From NCBI GenBank assembly GCA_965240325.2, contig OZ251250.1:620001-684000 (forward strand): 64,000 nucleotides of DNA, read 5' to 3'. Numbering within the stretch: the stretch's first letter is position 1; each line of letters opens with the position of its first letter. Shown in pieces: positions 44,130-55,623 of the stretch. Position numbers and translations under genes: made by a program. This stretch comes from Rebecca billardiae RCC1528 (Eukaryota; Protista; Haptophyta). The notes beneath the pieces are model-generated. The model did not search any database. It was given only the letters and a program-made list of their open reading frames with translations, and was not told the origin of the DNA.

Positions 44130-47100
44130 ATGTCGAACCGGCAGGAGACCTCGCACGCCAAGTCGACGCGCTCGCGCGTCGACCAGTCCTTCGGCCAGTC
44201 GTCCATGCGGCGCTCGAGCTTTGCGCACGGCCGGAGCAAGGCGGAGCGGTCCGCACTGCTCAGGGGCACGACGGTGTCCGGCCGCGGGGCGGACGGCGCG
44301 CGGAAGCTGGTGCCCGACGCGGCGCACCCGAACGTCGCGGTCGTCGACGACAGGGGGCGCGACGTCACGCCGCTCTCGCTGCTCAAGGGCGGGATGCAGT
44401 CGGTGTCGGTGCACACGGCCGACCTGAGCGCGGCCGTCTCGATGTCGGGCGAGCTGCAGAAGTCGGGCGACATGTCGCGCTCGATGCACGAGTCGGGCTC
44501 GATGATGGTCTCCGCCTCGATGCGCGAGGGCGGCGCCGAGGGCTCCTTCTCCGAGATGACCGGCGGCGTGAGCGGCGGCGGCGCCGCGGCACCCCCGGTC
44601 GAGTCGTGGTCCAAGATGGGGGCCGGCGCCGAGGCGGACGACGACGAGGATGCGGCGCCGCTGACGGAGGAGGAGCTGAAGGCGCCGGTGCCCGTCGTGC
44701 TCACCGAGACCGAGACCTTCTTCTGGCTCGACCGCGAGGGCGAGGCCGTCGGCAAGGACGCGCAGGACGAGCACGCGGCCGTGAGCGCCGCCAACGAGCG
44801 ATTCACCAAGCAGCGCGCGACCAAGGAGGCCTCGACGGAGAACTTCTCGGAGCGGCACGCGCAGACGTTCGTGCTCGACTCGAAGGTGAAGGAGACCTCC
44901 ACCGTCCCGCGCGTCACCTCCGACATGGGCGCGCAGGCCAACCTGTGGGCGATCGAGGACGCGTACACCGCGGCGGCCGGCGCGGCGGATAAGCGCGGCG
45001 GCGCCGCGGGCGGGGACGTGAGCCTCGCCGTGGCGGACGTGGCGGGCGGCGCGGGCGCGGCGGCGGGCGAGGGCTCGGTGCTCGCGTCGAGCCACACCTC
45101 GGGCGCGGGCGGCGGCGAGTCCGCCTCCACCTCGCTCGCCTCGTTCAACCCGGGCGCGAGCGGCGCAATCGAGCGCTCGGGGCAGACCGGTCAGGACGGC
45201 TCGCGCTCGGTCGACGGCTCGCAGTCTGAGATCGCGTCGACGGCGCAGGGGACGTCGTCGGAGGCGCCGACGTCGCTCTCGCAGACGGGCGAGGCGTACA
45301 ACGCGCTCACCGCCGCGGGCGGCGTCGGCGCCACCGTCGACCCCGACGCCGTGCGGCGCGCGCGCGCGCAGGCCAAGCTCAACTCTGTGCTCAAGTCTGA
45401 TTCCTTCAGGGAGGGAATCCGGGTACTGGAGCGCATGATCACGCAGAACAACATGCACACGCTGCACCTCAAGTACCGGGACATCCCGCTGGGCACGAAC
45501 CTGCCGCCGAACACGCTGCTCGCCAGCGCGCTCGCGCTCGGCGCCGACGCCAAGGCCGCCGCCGACTCGGACGCGGACGAGCTAGCCGCGCTGCAGCGCG
45601 CGCGGCGCGCGGCGCGCTCGACGTCGCGACACTCGGCGGAGGGCGGTGAGCAGGCGGGCGGGAAGGAGCGGCGCGGGCGCGGCGGCGAGGGCGCGGACGG
45701 CAAGGGCGGCGGCGCGGCGGGCCGCGCGGGCGCCTCGCTCGAGCCGCTCTGGAGCTTCGCCTGCCCCGAGACCGCCGGGCAGAACGTTTCGTCACTCGCA
45801 TGGAACTCATCGGCACACGACGTGCTCGCGGCCGCGTATGGCTCCTTCGAATTCACCGGACAGAAGCCCGGACTGGTGGCGCTGTGGGCGCTGCAGTGCC
45901 CGCACTACCCGCAGCGGCTGTGGAAGGTGAAGTGCGGCGCGACGGCGGTCGCCTTCTCCCGCGCGCAGCCGCACCTCCTCGCCGTCGGCCTCTACACCGG
46001 CATGGTCTCTGTCTACGACGTTCGCTCGGCCGACTCCAAGCCCGCGTCTGAGGCCAACCACATCACCGGGAAGCACAATGAGCCCGTGTGGGAGGTGAAG
46101 TGGGTGAACAAGCTGGCGGGCGGCGGCGGGGACGAGGCGCTCGTCTCGGTCTCCACCGACGGCCGCGTCACGCAGTGGGCGCTCAAGAAGGGCCTCGAGC
46201 GCACCGACCTGATGCGGCTGAAGCGACTGCCCGGAGTCGCCGGCTCCACGCTTGGACGATCGTTTGCGCCGGCGCTCTCGTCCGCGGCCGACGGCGGCGA
46301 GAAGGGCGGCGAGAAGGGGGCGACGAGGCGCGCGGCGGCGGTGGACGTGGGCGAGGGCGGCATCATCTCGCGACGCGCCGCGGGCCTCTCCGTCGACTTC
46401 TCGCCCACCGACCCGTCCGTGTACATCTGCGGTGCGCGCCGCGCGCGGGCGCGCGCCGCGCCGGCACGCGGGCGCGCGGGCGCGCGCCGGCACGCGCGGT
46501 GGGCGCGCGCCCGCGCGCCGAATCGCCGAGGTGCTGAGCGGCGCGTCCCTCTTCGCGCGCGCGCGCGCGCGCGCAGGCACCGAGGACGGCTTCATCCTCA
46601 AGTGCAGCACCTCGTACTCCGAGCAGCACCTCGAGGCGTTCACCGGCCACCGCGGCCCGGTGTACCGACTCGCGTACTCACCTTACTCACCTGAGGTGTT
46701 CCTCTCATGCTCGGCCGACTGGACGGTCAAGGTCTGGCAGGCGGAGACGAACTCAAAGTGCGGGGCGCGCGCGCCGGCCGCGCGCGCGCAGCGGTGGGCG
46801 GCGGCGGCTCTGCGCCGCGACGCGCGCGGAGGGGGGCCGGAGCGCACCGCGGCGCCAATGCGGGCACGGCTGCGCGCGGCGCGCGCGCGCGCACTCGAGC
46901 GCGCTCCTCCGGCCCCTGTCCCGGTCCCAGGCCAGCCGCCCACCCCGCCGCGGTTTTTTCGCGTGCTTGCCCCGTGTGTGCGTGAGCCGCGCGCGCCGCG
47001 CGCGCGCCGCGCTGAGCGCGCCGCGCCCCGCGCGCCCCCGCGCGCCCCGCGCCCTCAGGGAGGCCATGCTGTCGCTGCAGGCGTCGCCCCACCATGTGAC

Positions 47101-47413
47101 GGATGCCGCCTGGTCGCCCCTCAGCTCGACCGTGCTCGCGTCTGTGACGACCGACGGCCGCCTCGACCTGTGGGACCTGGAGCAGTCGACGCTCGACCCC
47201 GTCGCGACGGTCTCGCTCGAGGGGCGGCTCTCGTCCGTCGGCTTCGCCGCGGTCGACCCCGTCGTCGTCGCCGGCGGCGTGAGCGGCGAGATCAACGTGT
47301 TCCGCGTGCACGGTGTTGCCTCGGGCACCGCGCAGCGCTCGCAGAGCGCCGAGCAGCAGCGCGAGCGGCTGATGCGCACCATCGAGCCGAGCCCACTCGC
47401 CGAGATCAAGTGA
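44130..47413 (+). CDS. DNAI4: Axonemal dynein intermediate chain, WDR78/IC138 type, 3 exons
   Basis: LTETET, LERMITQN, LEPLWSFAC, WD40 repeats, LVSVSTDGRVTQWALKKGLERTDLMRLKR and GTEDGFILKCSTSYSEQHL. Introns 46432-46576 and 46758-47058 preserve frame. Confidence 0.88.
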
Positions 47414-48077
47414 GGCCGGGGGCGGCGCGGCGCGGCGGCACGTGCGCGCTCGGTGGCGGCCCGGCGGCCCGGGGGGGCGGGTCTCGGCCGTGAGCTATAA
47501 AATGTGCGCGTGGCCACTTCACACGCACGAGTGGACCGCGCCGGGCCACTGCCGCTGTTGAACGGCACTTGGCGGCCAGTATCACCGACGTCGGAGACTG
47601 GGAGCGTGCGTGGCGCACGGCGCGAGCGGATGAGCCGCGCCTCGTGCACGGGCCCACCTGGCCTTCGTGCGTGCCGAAGGTCTCGCGATCGGGGTCCTGC
47701 CGCACAGCTGCTTGCGCCGCTGGCTGGCGGATAAGCCGGTACGTCACCGTCCAGGCGGCGGCGCCAGTGCCAGTGGCCGTGGGCGTCGGGTCGCGTGGCG
47801 CACCGCCGCGCCATCGCGCGCGACCTGAGCTCATCACTTTATATTTGCAGCACGCGACGTGACGAGTTGCCGAAAGGTCGCCCGCCCGGTCGACTGGATG
47901 ACCGTCTTCTCCGCAACACATTGTAACGACCTGCTGGACCTCAGTCAGGCGAATAACTACGGTAGCCGGAGGCCACCGCGCCACCGCCCGGACATTTATT
48001 ATTCGACGGCCCAACCGTCATCAGTACGTATCGCCCAGCAGTACCAATAGGAGCTGATCGCGCGGCATTGCGCCGGC

Positions 48078-49913
48078 ATGGAGCGCACCGCACCGCTCGC
48101 ACACGCTTTCAAGACGTCCGATGATGCCGTCTCGACTCTGAGTGACGCAGCGTGCGTCATGTGTGGCGATCAGATCGGCACGCACCCGTGGGCGCAGCTC
48201 GCGTGCGGCGCGGAGCACGTCGCGCACAACGTGCCCCTCTTCGAGCGCGCGCTCGCGTCCGAGTGCTGCGCCGTGCGGTGCGGCCGCGCAGGCTGCGGGC
48301 GTGTCACGCCCGTTGCGTGTGCATCGACCACGTTCAGTGGCGTCCGCCGGCTCGACGCGCCGCGTCACGTCGTCGTCTCGGCGGGCAAGAGCCAAATCAC
48401 GCCGGCGTCACACACAGGCGGAGGGCCGGACGAGGCGCAGCGCGGCACCGCAGCCACGCTGGAGGCATCGGTGCCAGCGCTGTCCGCGCTGCCGTTCGAG
48501 CTGCTGGTGCGCATACTGGCGCTCCTCGACAGCGCCGACGACCTCGCCGCCGCCAACGCCACCGCGCGCCTCTTCCGTGGCACGCCCGACGGGCGCTCAC
48601 CTGTCGAGCACGCGCTGCGCGAGCGCGCAAGCACACGGGGGCACGAGCGGCTGCTGCCGACGCTGCCGGCCACGTGGACAACTATGCTGCTCGAGTGTGA
48701 GCGCGTGCTTGCGTGCGCGCGTGACCACGCGTCTCCCGTCGCGGCCGGCTACCAGTTCAGCGCGTTTGTGGACGCGGAGGGCGGGCTGCACACGTGCGGT
48801 ATGGCAGGGCGCACGTCCTGGAATGAGGCGGGGGAGTGGGTGGCCGTGGGGTACGCGCCTCCCGCCACTGGCCACGGGAGGGAGGACGATGCGCCGCCCG
48901 TGCTCGTGCCAAAACGCGTGCCTTCGCTCTCAGCGGTGCGCGTTGCCGCGGTGGCAGCTGGCCATGAGCACCTGCTCGCGCTCAGCGGCAGTGGTGCTGT
49001 GTACGCATGTGGCGACAACATGGGCGGCCAGCTGGGGCTGGGCGATGACGATTATCGCTGGACGTTCACGCGCGTTGAGGCGCTGGCGGGAGAACACGTT
49101 GTGTGCGTCACGGCTGGTTCTTTCCACAGCCTGGCGCTCACCGCTTCGGGCTGTGCGTACAGCTGGGGCGCCAATGATCACGGCCAGCGCGGCCACGGCG
49201 ACGCGGAGGATCGGTGGGTGCCGACGCGCATCGAGGCGCTGGACGGCGTGCCCGTGGGCGGCGTGGCCGTGGGCTTCGATCACACGCTGCTTCTATCTGC
49301 ACACGGCGCCGTCTACTCGTGCGGCTCCAGCAGCAAGGGCCAGCTTGGCCACGGTGACCAGCAGGATCAGCACACGCCGAGTCGCATCGAGGCGCTCGTG
49401 GGCGTGCGCGCTGTGCACGTGAGCGCGGGCTGTGAGCACAGCCTGGTGGTGGACGCGGCCGGCGACGTGCACTCGTTCGGGGCAGGGCAGGCTGGCCAGC
49501 TTGGCCACGGCGGCGCGGCAGACGAACACGTGCCAAGGCGCATCGACGCGTTGGCGGGCGTGCACGCCACGCACGCCTGCGCGGGCGGCTCCGAGAGCTG
49601 TGTGGTGGCCTTTGACGGCAGCGTGCACGTGTTCGGGAGCTGCCGTCACAACACGCGGTTTGGCCTCGGCACTCACCACGACCACAGACTGCCCGCGCGC
49701 GTGACTGCCCTCGCGGGCGAGCGCGTGACGGGGTGTGCGCTCGCGCATGAGCACGAGCTCTTCGTGACGGCGGAAGGCAGCGTGTACTCGAGCGGCTTAT
49801 TCCATGGAGGCGCTCTTGGCCTTGGGCTCAGCATGAGCATCGCGGGGACTGCGGAGGAGAACGCGGAGACGGCCGTGCCCGTGACGCGCATCGCGCAGCT
49901 GCCACCGCTGTAG
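48078..49913 (+). CDS. RING-like + F-box + RCC1-repeat protein, copy 1
   Basis: Cys/His-rich N-terminus, F-box-like LSALPFELLVRILALLDSADDL, and about seven RCC1 blades (GxxH..VYxxGxxxxGQLG). Confidence 0.9.
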   Translation: MERTAPLAHAFKTSDDAVSTLSDAACVMCGDQIGTHPWAQLACGAEHVAHNVPLFERALASECCAVRCGRAGCGRVTPVACASTTFSGVRRLDAPRHVVVSAGKSQITPASHTGGGPDEAQRGTAATLEASVPALSALPFELLVRILALLDSADDLAAANATARLFRGTPDGRSPVEHALRERASTRGHERLLPTLPATWTTMLLECERVLACARDHASPVAAGYQFSAFVDAEGGLHTCGMAGRTSWNEAGEWVAVGYAPPATGHGREDDAPPVLVPKRVPSLSAVRVAAVAAGHEHLLALSGSGAVYACGDNMGGQLGLGDDDYRWTFTRVEALAGEHVVCVTAGSFHSLALTASGCAYSWGANDHGQRGHGDAEDRWVPTRIEALDGVPVGGVAVGFDHTLLLSAHGAVYSCGSSSKGQLGHGDQQDQHTPSRIEALVGVRAVHVSAGCEHSLVVDAAGDVHSFGAGQAGQLGHGGAADEHVPRRIDALAGVHATHACAGGSESCVVAFDGSVHVFGSCRHNTRFGLGTHHDHRLPARVTALAGERVTGCALAHEHELFVTAEGSVYSSGLFHGGALGLGLSMSIAGTAEENAETAVPVTRIAQLPPL

Positions 49914-50167
49914 CGTGGGCACTAGCCTGCTCTGTGACGTATTTATTGGCAGTGTCACCGAGCACGTCCGACGCACTGTCAGTCGTAGTCATTGATTATT
50001 GGGTGGACGATACCGTGGACGAGAGCGCCCCCGCCCGGGCCGGACCGGTCCCGCCCGGACATCGATGGCCAACCGTCGTCGCCCGCTCGATCCAGAGCCC
50101 GCCAAGTCGCACGTTTTTGCGTGCGCGGCCCTGCGTGAAGCTTGCTCATCTCGACGTGCGCGCCGGC

Positions 50168-52024
50168 ATGGAGCGCACCGCACCGCTCGCACGCGCTGTC
50201 GAGACGTCGACCGATCCCGTGTCGACTCTTGATGACGCAGCGTGCGTCCTGTGCGGCGATCCGATCGGCTCGCAGCCGTGGGCGCGGCTTGCCTGCGGCA
50301 CGGAGCACGTCGCGCACAACGTGTGCCTCTTCGAGAGCGCGCTCGCGTCCGAGTGCTGCGCCGTGCGGTGCGGCCACGTGGGTTGCGGGCGTGTCACGCC
50401 CGTTGCGTGTGCATCGACCACGTTCAGTGGCGTCCGCCGGCTCGACGCGTCGCGTCACGTCGTCGTCTCAGCGGGCAAGAGCCAAATCACGCCGGCGTCA
50501 CGCACAGGCGGAGGGCCGGACGAGGCGCAGCGCGGCCGCGCAGCCGCGCTGGAGGCATCGGTGCCAGCGCTGTCCGTGCTGCCGTTCGAGCTGCTCGTGC
50601 GCATACTGGCGCTCCTCGACAGCGCCGACGACCTCGCCGCCGCCAACGCCACCGCGCGCCTCTTCCGCGGCGTGCCCGGCGGGCGCTCACCTGTCGAGCA
50701 CGCGCTGCGCGAGCGAGCGCGCGCGCGGGGGCACGAGCGGGTGGCGCCGACGCGGCCGCCGACGTTGACAACTATGCTGCTCGAGCGCGAGCGCGTGCTC
50801 GCGTGCGCGCGCGCCCACATGGTTATCATCGCGTGCGGCCTCAACTTCAGCGCGTTTGTGGACGCGGAGGGCGGGCTGCACACGTGCGGTGAGACAGTCG
50901 AGGAGGTGGAGGAGGAGGAGGACCCGAACGAGGCGGGGGAGGAGGTGGCCGTGTGGTTCGCGCCCGCCGCCTCTGGCCACGGGAAAGAGGACGATGGTGC
51001 GCCGTCTGTACTCGTGCCAAGACCCGTGGCCTCGCTCTCAGCGGTGCACGTGGCCGCGGTGGCAGCTGGCGCTGGTCACCTGCTCGCGCTCAGCGGCAGC
51101 GGGGCTGTGTACGCGTGTGGCTACAACGAGTACGGCCAGCTGGGGCTGGGCGACGACTTTGCGCGCTGGGCGTTCACGCGCGTTGAGGCGCTGGCGAGAG
51201 AGCAAGTTGTATGCATCGCGGCTGGCATCGCCCACAACCTGGCGCTCACCGCTTCTGGCTGTGCGTACAGCTGGGGCTACAACCACCGCGGCCGGCTCGG
51301 CCACGGTGACGCGAAGGAGCGGTGGGTGCCGACGCGCATCGAGGCGCTGCACGGCGTGCCCGTGGGCGGCGTGGCCGCGGGCTTCGATCACACGCTGCTT
51401 CTATCTGCACACGGCGCCGTCTACTCGTGCGGCAACGGCGATTTTGGTCGGCTTGGCCACGGTGACCAACAGGAAAAGCACACGCCGAGTCGCATCGAGG
51501 CGCTGGTGGGCGTGTGCGCTGTGCACGTGAGTGCGGGCGAGGAGCACAGCCTGGTGGTGGACGCTGCCGGTCGCGTGCACTCGTTCGGGTCCGGGCTCAA
51601 GCTTGGCCACGGTGGCTCGGGAGACGAGCATATGCCCCGGCGCATCGAGGCGTTGGCGGGCGTGCACGCCACGCGTGCCTGCGCAAGTTTCTCTGGTAGT
51701 GCGGTGGTGGGTGCTGACGGCAGCGTGCACGCGTGGGGCGACGGTCGCCCCTGCAATGTGCAGTGGTTTGGGCTCGACTCCGGCGCTGAGCACGACTTCA
51801 CGCTACCCGCGCGCATGACTGCCCTCGCGGGCGAGCGCGTGATGGACTGTGCGCTGCACGACGACCATGCGCTCTTCGTGACCGCGGACGGCGCCGTGTA
51901 CTCGAGCGGCATGCAGGGAGGTAAGCTCGGCCTCGGCAGGAGCGCCGCGGATGAGGCGGGCGCGGGGAACGTGCAGGCACCCACGCGCATCGCGCAGCTG
52001 CCACCGCTGCAGCGTGGGCACTAG
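50168..52024 (+). CDS. RING-like + F-box + RCC1-repeat protein, copy 2 (tandem duplicate)
   Basis: Starts MERTAPLA as in copy 1 and is colinear with it throughout. Confidence 0.9.
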   Translation: MERTAPLARAVETSTDPVSTLDDAACVLCGDPIGSQPWARLACGTEHVAHNVCLFESALASECCAVRCGHVGCGRVTPVACASTTFSGVRRLDASRHVVVSAGKSQITPASRTGGGPDEAQRGRAAALEASVPALSVLPFELLVRILALLDSADDLAAANATARLFRGVPGGRSPVEHALRERARARGHERVAPTRPPTLTTMLLERERVLACARAHMVIIACGLNFSAFVDAEGGLHTCGETVEEVEEEEDPNEAGEEVAVWFAPAASGHGKEDDGAPSVLVPRPVASLSAVHVAAVAAGAGHLLALSGSGAVYACGYNEYGQLGLGDDFARWAFTRVEALAREQVVCIAAGIAHNLALTASGCAYSWGYNHRGRLGHGDAKERWVPTRIEALHGVPVGGVAAGFDHTLLLSAHGAVYSCGNGDFGRLGHGDQQEKHTPSRIEALVGVCAVHVSAGEEHSLVVDAAGRVHSFGSGLKLGHGGSGDEHMPRRIEALAGVHATRACASFSGSAVVGADGSVHAWGDGRPCNVQWFGLDSGAEHDFTLPARMTALAGERVMDCALHDDHALFVTADGAVYSSGMQGGKLGLGRSAADEAGAGNVQAPTRIAQLPPLQRGH

Positions 52025-52304
52025 CCTGCTCAGACGCACTGGCAGTGTCGCCGAGCACGTCCATCGTGGCGCGTATCTCTCGGGACCACGGCACTGTCAG
52101 AAGGATCGATCGGAACGGTCGTCAACTAACTGACGGTAACGACCGGTACGGTACCCTACAAACAAAGTACAATGTACTGTTTAGTGCAGGCGGGACGAGA
52201 CTACCCTTCACTGTTCATCAAGGGACCAGTCGATTTCGATTTGTAGTCGTCGGTGGGCTGCACCCGGACCGCTTGGACCAGGCCAACCGTCGTTTTCGGC
52301 AAGC

Positions 52305-52838
52305 ATGGCTGGCGTGGACGAGCAGCTGCGGGCGAACATCGAGGCGCAGCTCGACCGCCTCCTCACGCAGCTGGAGGATGCTGAGCAGCTCAAAGACGAC
52401 CTGAGCGCAGATGAGATGGAGCAGCTGAAGCGCGAGACGCTCGACGAGCTGCGCCACTTCCAGGACTCGCTGCAGCGCATGGTCGACGGCGACATGACGC
52501 TCGTGTCCTCGCTGGCGGCCGTGCAGATGGCTGTGCGCGCGGCGATCTCGGAGGCGTTCCGAACGCCTGAGGTGATCCGCCTCTTCGCGGCAAACGAGCC
52601 CGCTGCGCTGCGCAGACGGCTCGAGGAGCTCGATCGGGACGTCAAGCTCGGCTCGCTCAGCCCCGAAACGGCCGAGCAGCCAGTTGTCGAAATCCTCACG
52701 GCGCTCACGCACCTCAAGGAGCCGCTGAGTGCAAAGGAGCGCTCGTACCTGCGCAAGCACGCGTCGGGCGCACTCGCGGAGTTCGAGCGCGTGGCCGATG
52801 ATGGCAGCGTTGTGGAGCCGCCGCGACGGCTGGGCTAG
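52305..52838 (+). CDS. LZIC: Leucine zipper and ICAT-homologous protein
   Basis: NIEAQLDRLLTQLED...ETLDEL..F..SL..M..GDMTLV...AISEAFRTPEVIRLFA matches LZIC. Confidence 0.92.
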   Translation: MAGVDEQLRANIEAQLDRLLTQLEDAEQLKDDLSADEMEQLKRETLDELRHFQDSLQRMVDGDMTLVSSLAAVQMAVRAAISEAFRTPEVIRLFAANEPAALRRRLEELDRDVKLGSLSPETAEQPVVEILTALTHLKEPLSAKERSYLRKHASGALAEFERVADDGSVVEPPRRLG

Positions 52839-53356
52839 CATGCGGCGGCGTGATGAGCCGACGATCTTTGTTCCGGGCGGTTCAAGCGGCGACGAGGACT
52901 CCGCTCATAGTATGTTACTACGTTCCGAGATCTCGGCTGTCATGCTGATGAGACTCATCATCGGTGGCGCACTTGCATGCGCGCGGTGGCGTGACGATGA
53001 CGACTGTATATATATGCGCTATATACTGCTCCGCTACCGTACTGGAGATTGACGTACTCGGTCATAAGCGAGCGCGCTGTGGATTGCCTTCATTAATCAT
53101 TTGCCACTCACTCACTGGCACTGGCTCTAGCTCGCCCGGCCGATCCGGCCGATAACAGTTTACTATGTTTTAACGTGCACACTACTGCTTGGTTAAGGCG
53201 TGTCAACAGTAAACAGATTGGCCGATGATTGGGCGTCGGGGCCGGGCCGGCAGCCCTGATCGTCCGGCGCATCGAGGGCCAGCAGGCTGATGAGCTGCCC
53301 CGCGGACCCGGTCCGGTTCCGAGACACTCAGACGGCGCGCTGCCGTTGCTCACCAC

Positions 53357-54430
53357 TCACTTGGCGAGCAGCATTGCCTCCGTCAGCGCGCTCGCGGGCC
53401 GGAACGGCGTGCTGTGGATGTGCCGATTCGCTGGCCTCTGCACCAGCTCCAGGACAGCGCGCACGTGCGGCCGGTAGAAATCGTCCAGCGCGGCGCGCGC
53501 GGTGTGCCCGAGCACCGACGGCGCGTGCACGTTCTTGTGCGTGGCCTCGATCGCGAGCCCCTGGCCTCCGCCGCCGTCGCGGCGCGGGCGGCTGGCGCCG
53601 CTGCTATTGCTGCTGTTCGAGCCGGCGAACTCCGCGCGGTGCGCGTGCTCCGGCCGCGCATCGCGGCGCGCTTCGGTCGCGGGCACGGCACGCGGAACTT
53701 CGATCCGACTGCCGATGAAGACCGCAAGGTCCTGCAGCACGCGCTCTGTCCGGCGCAGGTAGCCGTCGAAGGTGACGATCGCGAGCTGCGAGGGCGCGAA
53801 CGCGCCGATCCACGCCTCGAGCTGCGGCGCGTACATCCCGCCCGAGAGCGCGTCGTGCGCCGGGCCTCGGAACGTGCCGCACGCCGAGCGCCAGAGCCGA
53901 CCGGAGCTCATGGGGATGTGGTGCTCGCGCGCGCAGCTGCGCATGCGGCGGAGGGCGTCGAGCGCCCACGTGTCGACGTCCTGCTTCGCGCCGTACATGC
54001 CCCTGCCCATGTGGTCGAACCAGCTGCGCGCCCGCTCCGTCGGCGAGCGCAGCACGGCGATGAGGCGGACGGCTTGCAGCGCGTGCCTCTCCTGTTCAAA
54101 CAGCGCGCGCGCTCGCCCCGGCGCCGACTTCGACTTGAGGTAGGACGGCGTCGCGTCGATAGCGAACTGGCGCGGTCTGGGGTGCGCGGGACATCGCTGG
54201 AAGTGCCCGACGTAGTGCGCCAGCCCTTTTCGAAAGTGCATGTCGAAGTGGTGCATCTCCTTGCCGTAGTACCTCGGCTCGTGGGAGAGCGCCCGCGCCG
54301 TCGTCGCGCCGACGACGTGCTCCACGAGGTCTGAGTGCAGCGAGGTGGTGCCCGCCTTCTGCGCGCCGATCACAAGCACCGTGGGCAGGATGTGCCCCAT
54401 CGCGCAGAGCGTGGCCTCACCATGTGGCAT
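53357..54430 (-). CDS. PAPS-dependent sulfotransferase (heparan-sulfate ST-like fold), copy 1
   Basis: 5'-PSB loop IGAQKAGTTSL, KEMHHFD, DATPSY, 3'-PB motif LRSPTERARSW and C-terminal LDDFYRPH. Confidence 0.9.
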   Translation of the reverse strand: MPHGEATLCAMGHILPTVLVIGAQKAGTTSLHSDLVEHVVGATTARALSHEPRYYGKEMHHFDMHFRKGLAHYVGHFQRCPAHPRPRQFAIDATPSYLKSKSAPGRARALFEQERHALQAVRLIAVLRSPTERARSWFDHMGRGMYGAKQDVDTWALDALRRMRSCAREHHIPMSSGRLWRSACGTFRGPAHDALSGGMYAPQLEAWIGAFAPSQLAIVTFDGYLRRTERVLQDLAVFIGSRIEVPRAVPATEARRDARPEHAHRAEFAGSNSSNSSGASRPRRDGGGGQGLAIEATHKNVHAPSVLGHTARAALDDFYRPHVRAVLELVQRPANRHIHSTPFRPASALTEAMLLAK

Positions 54431-54537
54431 GGGGGGAGGCTACTTGGAGCCCTTTACTCACCGGCAACTCGGGCCGCCATCGTGCGCGCTCGTATTTTGC
54501 ACGGAGCAAGATCGACAGCAAGTTGCTCAGTTGCGCG

Positions 54538-55623
54538 ATGGCGCCCTCCCGCGATGCAACGCTGTGTGCGATGGGCCACGTCGTGCCCACGGTGCTGCTC
54601 ATTGGCGTTCAGAAGGCCGGCACCACCTCGCTGCACACCGATCTTCTTCGCACCGTGTCCGGCCTTCGCGCAGCCCACGCGCTTCCCGGTGAGCCCGCGT
54701 ACTATGACAAGGAGGTGCACTACTTTGACGCGCTGGACAAGCCGCTGGGGCGGGTTGGGCTGCGGGCATACCTCGAGCACTTTGACCCGTGCCCCGAGCG
54801 GCTCAGCCCTGCGCTGCTCGCCATCGACGCGACGCCTCGATACATCCGGATCCCGGGGGCTGCCGAGCGTGCCGTCACTGCGTATGCAGAGCTGGGGGCT
54901 CGGCAGCGCGTGCGCATCATCGCCGTCTTCCGCTCGCCCACCGAGCGGGCGCGCAGCTGGTTCGACCACTTCGGCCACGCCAACGGCTCGCGCGCGCGCA
55001 CGCACGTGGACACGTGGGCGCACGAGGTGCTGGGTCGCATGCGCAGGTGCGCACGTGCGCAGGGCATCGCGCTCACCTCCGGGCGGCTGTGGAGCTCGAG
55101 CTGCTTCGACCTCGGTCGCGGCTCGCACGGCGTGAAGTACCGCGACGCGCTCGCCGGTGGGATGTACGCGCTGCAGCTCGAGGCGTGGCTCCGCGCGTTC
55201 AGCCCGGCGCAGATTGCCATCACGACCTTCAACGCCTATGTAAGTAATCCGCGCCGCGTGCTCGTGGACCTCGCACGCTTTGCCGGGCATGCCGTGCCGC
55301 GTGGGCCGCCGGAGCACAACGCGAGCGAGCGGCACGGCCTCGCCGAGACGAGCGAGGTGCTGGCTGGAGCGCGTCGCCTCGACGAGCGTGCCGCGCGGCT
55401 GCGTCAGCTGTCAGCAGCCGCGCCGGCTGCCGCACACCTCGGCGCACGGCCAGCGTCGACGCTCGGCGAGGACGCGCGGCAGGCGCTGGACAGCTTCTAC
55501 AGGCCACACATGCGCGAGCTGGTCGAGCTGCTGCGCGGGCCCGCGAATCAGGCCATCACAAGCACGCCGTTTCGCCCGGCCAGATCGCTGGGCATAGGGA
55601 TGCTCATGCACGACTCCGCATGA
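54538..55623 (+). CDS. PAPS-dependent sulfotransferase, copy 2
   Basis: IGVQKAGTTSL, KEVHYFD, DATPRY and RSPTERARSW motifs. Confidence 0.9.
   Translation: MAPSRDATLCAMGHVVPTVLLIGVQKAGTTSLHTDLLRTVSGLRAAHALPGEPAYYDKEVHYFDALDKPLGRVGLRAYLEHFDPCPERLSPALLAIDATPRYIRIPGAAERAVTAYAELGARQRVRIIAVFRSPTERARSWFDHFGHANGSRARTHVDTWAHEVLGRMRRCARAQGIALTSGRLWSSSCFDLGRGSHGVKYRDALAGGMYALQLEAWLRAFSPAQIAITTFNAYVSNPRRVLVDLARFAGHAVPRGPPEHNASERHGLAETSEVLAGARRLDERAARLRQLSAAAPAAAHLGARPASTLGEDARQALDSFYRPHMRELVELLRGPANQAITSTPFRPARSLGIGMLMHDSA

Noticed and set aside
48078-52024. UVR8 photoreceptor call, or a diversity-generating retroelement
   Set aside because: The GWRHT tryptophan motifs are absent. No reverse transcriptase or template repeat is present, and I saw no adenine-specific substitution pattern.
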